Source of the DNA: Trichinella spiralis
Taxonomy: Eukaryota
Assembly (NCBI RefSeq): GCF_000181795.1
Contig: NW_003526945.1
Span: forward strand, 3,638,847-3,702,846
Length of the DNA stretch: 64,000 bases
Direction: 5' to 3'
The translations under genes were made by a program, and so were the position numbers. Shown piece after piece: positions 29,305-40,507 of the stretch. Under the pieces are notes generated by a model. The model was given only the letters and a program-made list of their open reading frames with translations. It made no database searches and was not told where the DNA came from. Each line of letters begins with the position of its first letter. Position 1 is the stretch's first letter.

Positions 29305-30926
29305 TCACATCCACGGCTAAAAATGATCTCAATTAAGATTCAAATTAAAATTTTATAAATGAAATATATACTTCAACTATTTTCCTTTTTCTTCCAGCTT
29401 TGGCTGCAGATGATTGCGCTTGGTACATGCTCTGTTGCAACATCTTGGATGTAATTTGTGCTTCATCATCACCACCTAGCCCAGAATCGGCTGACACGAG
29501 AGATTCCGCTATTTCAATCTGAAAATACAATTCATCTTCACTAGTTTTATTTAAAAAGATTATCTTTTGTACGTACGGTTCGCTCCAATGTCTCAGCTGT
29601 TAGAGAGGCGACAGTTGCATGTAAACGATTTGAACAAAGTACGTCTAAAATCGTAGTTGGCATAAAGCTGGGCTGTAGCAACACGGGTGACATCTGCTCA
29701 AAACCGTTTCCACAAGTAGTTTCATGTGCAGGCGCTGGCTGCTGATCAACAGATACTGCTTGTTGCTCAAAACGCAGAGAAGGAGGAGGTATTCCAAATA
29801 ACTTATAGTCAATTTTTTGGATATTCTCCAATTCAATTATACCATTTATAATACGATCTAAATCAGGATCATTTGAAGGCAGAGCATTCAACAATGCTAA
29901 ATCATCTGGCCGTTGTTGCTGATTTTGTGGTGGAATTGCAACACGAATACGGGGCATTTCAAAACGTCTCCTTTTTTGAGTCGGATGCTGATAATCTGCA
30001 TTCATGTTATTCATATTTTGCATTCCAAACTTTGGAGCTGATGTACCCAACAGTGCCTGTTTTATTGCAGCATTTTGTTGTACTTGTGGCTGTTCTGGCT
30101 TTGCAGAAGGCACTTCAGCCAGACTTGTCATCGATGGTTCATACTCGGTCACAGATGTATCTTTAAGATAAGCCACGATCCTCTTTATGATTTCAGCTTC
30201 ATTTGGTGTTACACGTTCGACGTGACTAGTAGAAGATGCTGCGCTGTAAGGCTTTGCGACTAATGTCGCATCATATGCCAAACGCATTTGTGACGAGCCG
30301 TTACACAGCGTGGATGGTACACTACCATTATTACTGTAAGTGGAAGCCGTTGATAAATTGCGCGGGACTTGCCGAAATTTTGAATTACGAGTTTGTTGCA
30401 CAGGTGCTATACTGCAAGTTCCAGGCGCACTCAGATTATAATTTGCCGGTATTGGTGACACGCTATTAGTTGTAGACACTGATGGCGCATTGCAAGAATG
30501 CACCTGTTTACTATTCTGATTTTTCTTCTTTCTCCGAGGACAATATTTGTAATTAGGAAATTCCCAGATATGCATCAAATGTAACCAATAAGCTATTTGT
30601 TTATAACAGTGTTTTTTACGACGGTCGAGGGTGTTCCACTCATCACCAAGCACTCTGCTAAGCTGTGCATTGTTTTGAGATGCTTCCATTTGAGATTTAT
30701 TTCGACAATGACGAGCCCATACCATAAAACTGTTTAACGGGCGACGAATTTTTTTACCATCAACGTGCTTCATGCCAGTGAGATCTGAATATGGGGTGCT
30801 GCTTTCGAGCAGCGCACTCGGTGATAATTTCCGCAAATTTTCAACAATATCCACTTTTGTAGCTGTGCTAAAACTGGCGTCATTATACGCACAGTATGTG
30901 GAGTCCAGTGGGCATTTGCATAATTC
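29305..30926 (-). CDS. Divergent Sox-family HMG-box transcription factor (SoxC-like); start and last exon tentative
   Basis: KIRRPLNSFMVW..NAQLSRVLGDEW..HIWEFPNYKYCPRRKKK in the 435-aa ORF 29547-30854. Further exon ~29518-29372. Putative terminal exon PWM* at 29316-29305. Confidence 0.85.
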
Positions 30927-31465
30927 TAAAAACAGTCAATCAGTAGTGATGTTTATGTATACTGTTTACCCCTATCATTATGCGCTAAGTTTTAATTATA
31001 CATCATCTATTATAAGAATTCACTTGACTAGAGTAACAATAGTTGTTAGAAAACTGTTAGATGACAATAGCTGATGCACTAGTTAGCAAACACTTAAGAC
31101 AGTCAACAAAAAACATATAGCTTTTTAGCGCCATCCTGTGTTCAAATGATCTTGATGGGGTCAGATTACATGACCTAAGCATTACAATTATTGTTTTCTG
31201 CCAACCCAACTTTACAAGATCGCCTAGCTGAAATAGCAGTGCTTGCGTATTTGTTCAAAGTTTTCAAATAGATAAAGCATGGTAGCTTTCGACCCAGTTT
31301 ACACCCCCTGCTGCCGCAATTATAGAAAGATCAGTCGCTGATTACAGCATCAAGTAATGACGCTCATTCTTGACCTGTTCATACAAGAGAAACAGAACGG
31401 ACTATAAAACGATCAGCCAGGTCATCTGAACAACAATTATATTTGCTGATTCATACATTTTTCAA

Positions 31466-33647
31466 GATTAGACAACTGGTCGAACTTCCAATCCTAATAT
31501 CTAAGATTAAGATCTAACAGAACTTTTCTCATGTGAAAAATTAAACTGAAGCAATATTTTGCTATTTTTTTCACAGAATGCCTATTTTTCAAAGAATATT
31601 GAGAAGATTTTAAATAAAAGAAGCGAATTTGAATGCCCATTATACTACTCTGCTATTTGCATGTCACTTTAATTATGAAGATAAAAATACTAAAAATATA
31701 CCTCATATCTGATTTTTTGAATATTACATTTCTAAAGACAGTAAAGTTGCGTCACTGCTACGCAATAAATCATTATAATTATATTGATCTTTTTTTAACA
31801 TACATAGATTTTTAAAACAACAATTAATTGCAACTGTAATATTTAGAAAAGTTTTTTGAGCCTAAGTGAATGATTTTTCAGTTGACAATATTATGGCAAC
31901 TATGGATTATATTGTATTAAAAAATCAGAATGCTCTGTATTGTTTTATGTTACTTCATTTATTATATTTATAATCGATGTAGTCCTATGCAGAAATAACT
32001 CTCAGGTAAGAAGAAAACAAAATGTATACATACTTCCTGTAGGAGAAATGCTCAACTGATGGTCGTCAAACATCTTCAATAATGTTGACCATACACACTG
32101 GATAGAAAGCAGCAAGACAAAAGCCAAGATCAATCGAAATGACACAGACAATTCAATAGAAGAGAAATGATGGAAATGAGCACCGGTCCTTAGCGTGGTT
32201 GGGGATAAATTCTTCAACCTAGTTTTTCTTTTACCTGATTTGTCAGAGCTGTTCAGGAACAGTTACACACATTTTATTGGCTAATTTTATAGCTAGGTGT
32301 GTTTTCATTGGATAATATTGAACTGTATTGTTTGCAGAAAGTTAGCGAGTAACATAACCCAAATATATTGAAGCCAAAATATCAGAAAACATATTTTTCA
32401 TTTTGTAGCACATTTACTTCAGTAAAATAATTAATGTTCATATGTATTATTTGTTAATATGGAAAACATAACCTTCATACAAAGAAGATGAACAATATTA
32501 ACACAAATTTTAGAAAAATCTCAACTTCCTGATTCATCTGCTTTTCAGGACTAGACAACAGGTCGAAGTCTAAATCCCAATATTTGCAGTTAGATTTAGA
32601 TCTAACACAACTTTTCTCATGTGAAAAAATTATACTAACTGAAGCAATATTTTGCTGTTTCTTGACAGAATGCCTACTTTTCAAAGAATATGATGCCATT
32701 TGGAAGATTTTAAATGAAAGAAGCAAATTTGAATGTCTATTATACTACTCTGCTATTTGCATGTCACTTTAATTATGAAGATAAAAATACTAAAAATATA
32801 CCTCATATCTGATTTTTTGAATATTACATTTCTAAAGACAGTAAAGTTGCGTCACTGCTACGCAATAAATCATTATAATTATATTGATATTTTTTAACAT
32901 ACTTAGATTTTTAAAACAACAATTAATTGCAACTGTAATATTTAGAAAAGTTTTTTGAGCCTAAGTGAATGATTTTTCAGTTGACAATATTATGGCGACT
33001 ATGGATTATAATGTATTAAAAAATCAGAATGCTCTGTATTGTTTTATGTTACTACATTTATTGTACTTATAATCGATGTAGTCCTATGCAGAAATAACTC
33101 TCAGGTAAGAAGAAAACAAAATGTATACATACTCCCTGTAGGAAAAATGCTCAACTGATTGTCGTCAAACATCTTCAATAATGTTGACCATACACACTGG
33201 ATAGAAAGCAGCAAGACAAAAGCCAAGATCAATCGAAATGACACAGACAATTCAATAGAAGAGAAATGATGGAAATGAGCACCGGTCCTTAGCGTGGTTG
33301 GGGATAAATTCTTCAACCTAGTTTTTCTTTTACCTGATTTGTCAGAGCTGTTCAGGAACAGTTACACACATTTTATTGGCTAATTTTATAGCTAGGTGTG
33401 TTTTCATTGGATAATATTGAACTGTATTGTTTGCAGAAAGTTAGCGAGTAACATAACCCAAATATATTGAAGCCAAAATATCAGAAAACATATTTTTTCA
33501 TTTTGTAGCACATTTTCTTCAATTAACATAATAAATGTTAATATGTATTATTAATTAATTTTGTTATTATGAAAAACAAAACCTTCAGTATAAAAGTTAA
33601 ATAATAAACAATATTGACGTAAATTTGAAAAAAATCTCAACTTACTC
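31466..33647 (+). repeat. Tandem duplication of a ~1.09 kb unit (copy A ~31466-32548, copy B ~32549-33647)
   Basis: Near-identical 71-aa ORFs at 32002 and 33101 (offset 1099). Long identical blocks, e.g. 31661-31900 vs 32760-33000. Confidence 0.95.
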
Positions 33648-35813
33648 ATTCGTTTCTTCCTTTTCATTTGCCAGACCAATCCGCGGAGCTTTTCATATGC
33701 ACTTGTGACAGTACGCATTATTTTGTCAAAATGAAAAATCTAAGAGAATTTTGAATTGAACCAGTGGGCATTGTCAAATTTTCATAAGACTAGCTGTTAA
33801 ATCAATCATAATTTGTTTATGACCGTTTTTTGTATAAAGTTGGTAAGTTTTTGCACGTAATAAATATCAGATGGAAAAATAAAATGGCAATTTGAAATTT
33901 CACTTATTTGTATATTTGTTGCTATTTATGTAAACTGATAAAGAATGTAAACAAAAGCTTAAAATCTCTCTTGCTGAATTAATTAACAATGTCCAGTAAA
34001 GATGATGTTGTCGTTATTCAAAAGTAAAATAATCAACTCGGCATTTGTACTAAGCGAATAATGTTGAGCACACACGCACACGCAGTAAGCATACTTGTAG
34101 ATAATAGTGTTTCAAATACACCTGAATGAGGGAGAATGAATAACTTTGAATAAATTTTGTTGTGATTAAGCAGAAACTTCAAAGAACACATCAATCTTTT
34201 AAAAAAGTTGACAGTCGAAGTAAGACAGCTCAAATATATGTTTAGAGGTTTATTAATTAATTTATGCAATATTTTGGCATGAATTTTTGATATTAACAAA
34301 CATCCAAATGAACAAACATTTAACCATGTCTGTAAATTGAATACTATAGAAACTGAAGGTTGTTTATTTGGTGAAAAATAATTTAGTTTCAACATGCTGA
34401 AAGCGTCAACAACAGAGAACTTAAAACGTTCCAAATAAACAATCATGATTTTAAATGATAAAAAATTATTCAATTCCAATCTATATTTTAAGCAATAGCA
34501 GATCATGACAATAAGGCAAAGCAGCCCGTTAAGCAAGTGACGTGTCATAGTTCAGAAACTAAATTTCTGACGTCACCAAATTTAGATACAACATGAGCAG
34601 CAATTGTTACACAAAGAACATTTGCGTAATTTTGCACATTTTTTGCAATTTAATTTTCCTCCTTTAAAGTTAAAAATTTTACTCCAAGGGAAATGTTTAA
34701 AGTATTTTTTTGAAAAACTGACGAATACACACTTTTATAAAAAGAGGCATTATTCAGCATTACTATTTTTAATTTTTTAAATGTTTTTTGTTTAAAGAGT
34801 TTACTTCTACACACTTATTTAGGCAATCATTTATACGTATATTGACATATACAAAAATAGCATTATTAATGTTGTACATACCGTAAATAAGAGGTAATGC
34901 ATAAAAAGGTGAAAAGCTTAAAAAGAAAATATTAAATGACCTGGACATTTAATAATGAGCAAATTTGTAAGATTATGAAAACTCGAGAAAAAAGAAATAA
35001 ATAAAACAATTGTACATTACAGCAGAGTAAACAAGTTTTGAAAATATCAAAATTGCAGCATCAATTTTGATATCTTGAAAACCGTTTAGAGAAGTGAAAG
35101 AACAGATTTTGTGAACTGAAAATGGACCCAGTGAGCAAAGCATCTCAAAAGCGTACTTCTCAGACAACGTCACATGTATAAGACGAATGCCCCATACAAG
35201 ACATAGCTACAGTAAAATTTAATGATTTAGAAGGAAGAAAAGAATATGCCGGAATGAAATTCCAAACTTCGCATCGGCACCGTGGTAGATGGTACAATGG
35301 ATTGACAGGTGAAATTAACAATAATATTTACCAGTTGACATCCAATTTGAGATTGCAGGCGAAAGATTGCATTTTCTTTTTTCATAATTTATTCACTTGC
35401 TTTTTCAATGCAGTATACTGTTGTAATAAATGCCTCATAAAAAAAATATTTGCATAATTTCGAAAAATTTTATATTTTTTCAAAAGAAATGTAAAAAAGA
35501 AAAAAAAATTTTTTTTTCATACGATGAAAATTTAAATGAATAATTTGGTTTTTTTGAATAATTTAATATTAAAATATATTTTTATTAAAAAAATGTTAGA
35601 AAATTATTCATTTGTTGTTTTTGAAAATTAAGTTTAATATAATTGAAGCTTGAAGATTTTTGATAGACCGGTTGGTATTGAACAAACAAAGATCGGAGAC
35701 CAGTTGATCTTTGGTCAACAGCAGACAGACGGAGGCAGAAAGTGAGAGAGCTCGAAAAACTCAGTTTACGCCATTTGCTTTTCAGTTGAGTAAATTGGTG
35801 ATATTATCTGGGC

Positions 35814-37086
35814 ATGTTCATACTGTCATCGTTTTTGAAAGCACTCAAGCCCCAATATGACGACGACACAATTGATCGGATTAACTACTATTATACGTGC
35901 TTAATTTTGATTATTTTAGCAGCTACAATCAGCGCTAAACAATACGTAGGTCAACCGATCCAATGCTGGGTACCGGCACAGTTTTCCGCATCTTGGGAAC
36001 AATATGCGGAAAACTATTGTTTCGTACAGAACACTTATTGGCTTTATGCCAACCAACAAATCCCCACTGATCTCACCGATAGATACGCTCTTCAAATTGG
36101 CTACTATCAGTGGGTGCCGTTTGTGTTGGCCATTCAAGCGGCCTTGTTTTATTTACCTTGCTTAATCTGGCGCCTGCTAAATTGGCAATCTGGTGAACGA
36201 ATGTTTTATTCTTTTTTTTTTAATAACAATTTTATCAGTTCATTTAATTGCCTATTTATTATGTAATTTGATTTTTGTTCAAACAAAAATGGAGAGAAAT
36301 TTCATTTCCAATTATTGTTGTTGCTGTTCAGGATTTGCTTTGAGAAATGTGATCGGCTTGGCGTCGGAGTGGAAAAACAACAACGCTTACAATTGTCGAC
36401 GAAAATTCATCCAAACGATCGCCAATTACATCGAAGATAGTATTCAGTTGCAAAATTGCCATGCAAAAAATAATCCAACTTTCAAACATGGTTATCGAAT
36501 CACAATGCTGTATTTGAGTATCAAATTTGCATATTTGATCAACGCCGTCGGTCAATTGTTTTTGCTCAATGGGTTTTTGGCGCCGAAATATCAACTCTGG
36601 GGTGTGGCGATATTGGTCGATTTGATCAACGGACACCAGTGGCAATGGTCGGGCCATTTTCCCCGTGTGACGCTGTGCGATTTCGAAGTTCGCCTGTTGG
36701 GCAACTTGCACCGGTACAGTATCCAGTGCGTTTTGATGATCAACATGTTCAACGAGTGGGCGTTTTTGTTCTTGTGGTGGTGGTTGGTGTTCGTCGCTAC
36801 GGCGACGGCTTGCAGTATGTTGGGCTGGATGTCGTTGATTTTTTCCAAACGGGCCTTGTTGGCTTTTGTCACCAGATACGCGAAAGTGATGAACGCAGAC
36901 GACAACCGACAACGCTGGTCGGTGATTGAGCAAAATTTGCATACGTTCACGTTCCACCATTTGCGAGTCGACGGTGTGCTGGTGATGAAAATGTTGTCGC
37001 TTCATGCGGGCAATTTGATCACCGCCGACGTGATCTGGACAATATTGGAAAATTACTTGAACAAAATTACTTCAAAAATCGATTGA
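35814..37086 (+). CDS. inx: Innexin (gap-junction protein), 2 exons (intron ~36193-36331)
   Basis: DDTIDRINYYYT, KQYVGQPIQCWVP, YAENYCFVQNTY, signature YYQWVP, FPRVTLCDF, QCVLMINMFNE. Confidence 0.97.
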
Positions 37087-37849
37087 AATCTATTTTTTGA
37101 AATAAAATTTCTTTTTTTTCGAATTTGTACAAAAAGCAAAATCAATAATAACTACTTGTTGTTGTCAATCGTTTGAAAAAAAAAATTCTTTTTTTTTTCT
37201 TCTTTTTCAAGTCATATTGACACATGTGTAAAATGATTGATCGATCAATCGATTCGTAAAATTATTATTATGAAAAAGTCTACTGTAGCAGTTTGGGGGA
37301 AAGAATTTTTTTTTCTCTGTAAACAACGCTGTTTTTCTTGGCAGGGAAAATTGAAGAAAAATTTTTCAATCGAAGAAGAGAAAAATTTTTCTCCCCCACC
37401 CCCCCCCCCTTTTTCCCCTCTTTTCTCGTCACGTTGTGCAAAAACCGGTTTTCCAACGCCGAGCTGAAAGGTCAACCAACCGACGATGTTCAACCAAGCG
37501 AACAACCGAAAGTGAAACTGAAACTGCTGCTCGAAGAGGCGAAGAAAATTTCATTTTCAAAAATAAAAAACAACAATAAATCAAAAAATAAAATATATTT
37601 TAATATTTCTATTGATTTTTTTTTAAATTTCAATCGTAACAATAAAAAAAAAAATTTTTTTTTTGTTCACATCGGAGAGTGAGATTGTAAAAATGGAAGT
37701 TGAAAACTCGACAAAATTTGTTTGTGATCATTCCAATCGCACTCACCGGAAGCGAAAAATCCACGCTGCCTTGTCAACAATTCGAACAACGTTACGTTGA
37801 AAAGTAGAATAATGAGAAAAGGCAGACTACACCTGGTTAGTAGGTTTGT

Positions 37850-38794
37850 TTATATTTTGTCCACTTGAGCTTCTTCTTGGCAATTGTACGTACAATTAGT
37901 ACCGCAAAATTGCAAATTACAATATATGCTAATTTGATTGCTCGTCGGAAACGCCCACGCTTTCATTTTGTTGAACAAAACTTTTTCCGAATTGGACACT
38001 TGCCAAGTTTGAAATTCACTCCAAACCCCTTTGTTCGAATGGAGCGGACAACCGCGATCGTCGCTCAGTGACAAATTGCTGAATTGATCGCTGGCCCAAC
38101 AACGACCGATTCGAAAATTGGTCGACGGACCCCGGATGCGAACCACGTAAGACAGACGTTCGCCGAGGCTCAGCTCCTTGTCGACCGGGGACCCGAACGG
38201 TCCGTCGCCCAGTTGAATTTCGGCCGTGTAATTGAAGTCGAATTTCATTTTGGCTCGAAGTTCCTGTGAGCCGAGGTGAACGTCGACTTTGACGCCGTCG
38301 AAGTTGATCACGGACGGTTTCAACTGAAGAGAATCGAGATGAGCCGCTACGGCCGGCGAGCAAATGATGAACAACAATTGATCTTGACCGCTCAAAATTT
38401 TCACATCTCGTTGTACGATCAAGCTGTGCTGTTGGCTGTTGCCGGTAATGGTGGTGGTAGTATTCCTCTTCTTGGAGCCGGTCGACTGCTTCGACTGACA
38501 TTCGTGAATCGGTATCCAAAATTGATACCTTTTCGCCACGGTACCGTTGACGAACGTACAACGGGCGTCACCGTAATGACCGTCGCTGTATATGAGACCG
38601 TGGAACGGTTCGCTGAAGGCAATATTGAAATAGATTCTATGTTCGTCGCATTGGGCGGATTTTTCCAAAATGAAACCACCGCCCTCTTTTTCAATTTTGC
38701 TATCACCGAATTGAACACCAACAATACCAATCAACAACAAAATTACCGTCGACCAATTTCTTCCACTTCTACTTCTTCTTTTACCGCTGTTCAT
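37850..38794 (-). CDS. ZP-domain (cuticlin-like) protein; small 3' exons may extend toward ~37450
   Basis: Hydrophobic signal (VILLLIGIVGVQFG). ZP-N: CDEHRIYFNIAFSEPFHGLIYS..C. ZP-C: CWASD..LSDDRGCP..AWAFPTSNQISIYCNLQFC. Confidence 0.88.
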   Translation of the reverse strand: MNSGKRRSRSGRNWSTVILLLIGIVGVQFGDSKIEKEGGGFILEKSAQCDEHRIYFNIAFSEPFHGLIYSDGHYGDARCTFVNGTVAKRYQFWIPIHECQSKQSTGSKKRNTTTTITGNSQQHSLIVQRDVKILSGQDQLLFIICSPAVAAHLDSLQLKPSVINFDGVKVDVHLGSQELRAKMKFDFNYTAEIQLGDGPFGSPVDKELSLGERLSYVVRIRGPSTNFRIGRCWASDQFSNLSLSDDRGCPLHSNKGVWSEFQTWQVSNSEKVLFNKMKAWAFPTSNQISIYCNLQFCGTNCTYNCQEEAQVDKI

Positions 38795-40507
38795 TTCGGC
38801 ATCTCCAACGGCAGCAATGAACAAAATCCCATTCCACCGTCCAAATTAAGCAACATCACGTCAAATCACGCACGGCCCATCCGGTCAAGGACACGAACAC
38901 CAGAAACCGGCACTTCTTCTTCATATCAGGTCAACTTTTACATGGAAAAAAAAATTTTCTTTTATTTTGAAATGGACAAATAAAAAACAACCGTTTTATT
39001 TTTTATGCAAATTTTGAAAAAAAAACATTTTTTTTCCAAACTTCAAATTTCTCGCAAACAATTCCACTTGCTATCGCAATTGACAAGCTCGTTGATAGAA
39101 CAACAAATTTTGTTTCAATTTCAACAACAACAACTGCGCGTATATTTACAAATTGAAAGCAAGCTGCGTTTTTTTTCCGCTTCAACGCTTTTCTCCACAT
39201 CAAATGAAAAATAACAACTCGGCTGCATTTGTTGTTTGTCACAATTTCTTTGAACGAGTAAAAATTTTGAGAAACTTTTTTGTCAGCCTGTTTTTTTTCT
39301 TTTTTCAATTGTAAAATTTCCAATCGAAAAATTATTTTATTCATCGAACAACAAAACGAATAAAAATAAATATCCACCATTCATGAAATGGAATTGCAAT
39401 ACGTGAGAAAGAAAAATTGCCCATTTTTACGCATCAATTCAATCGTATTATATCAAATTTGAAAAATTTCACTTTTGAAAAATTTTAATAAAAACACTTG
39501 TTTCAATTTTTTTTTTCAAATTGAACAATTTCAATTTTAACAAATGGAAATAATCCAATATATTACAGTAAACTAAAATTGACCTTCATTATCTACAAAA
39601 ATGATAAACTGCTCAAAAATAAACTCGAAATTACTTTTTTCCATCATCACGATAATTACGACAATTATTTTTTTATTATTCAAAATTTTTTTTGTAAATA
39701 AATTCACTTTACAAAAAATAAACAAAAAACAAACAAAAAGTGTAACGTAATTTTACAAAATGAAAGTCAAATCGATTACGAGTGAAATGTGTGACTTGAA
39801 AATAATGTAAATCTTTTTCTTTTTTTGATCAAAAATAAACCGATGCTTCTTCGTCGTACATCTTCATTAGTATTCTCAATTTGGTCGGTGGTTGTACAAC
39901 GTGTAAAATAGAGTTCAGTGTAATGTTTTTTTTTGTTTCATATCAATTTTGTACTATTGTGAAAATGTAAACAAATCTAATCTTGTAATGACTGATAGGG
40001 ACGTGATGGCACTTGATGCGTCAGTTTCTTTTCAACGTGATGTCAACCGCGCATCAAATTTTAATAACGAACACTACGAAATGCCGAGGTGAAGTAGTTT
40101 TGTTTAACAGTTAACAAAAAATAAATCCTAAACAGCACTTTTCTTCCATTATCATTTTCAGAACATGGGAGTTTGTGGCAATTATTGGGCCGAATTCACC
40201 GTTGGAACACGTTTTGTACTTACTTATCGGAAAACGTTGCTGTAGTCAGTGTGTTGTCACGGTAATCGATTCGCTTTTTATTGTAAGTTGTTACGGTTGT
40301 TTTTATTGTTTTTTTATTGTTTTTTTTACATTTCGTAATTAATATCTGACGAAGAGATAATTTTTAGAAATAAATTTTCATTTTCATCCACACTCATTGG
40401 TGTTCTTTTCGATCGTATCATTTGAAAAAGTCCAACTTTTCCCATTCAGTTTAGTGGAAGAAAAAATAGTCGTCTGATTTTGATTTCCAATTGTTACAGA
40501 CAACGAG

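Noticed and set aside
32165..32238. C/D snoRNA (atgatg..ctga) inside the tandem repeat
   Set aside because: The C box is imperfect, there is no terminal stem, and I could not recognise an rRNA guide.
34033..34548. 171-aa minus-strand ORF
   Set aside because: AT-driven F/L/I/N/K composition, with no domain or splice support.
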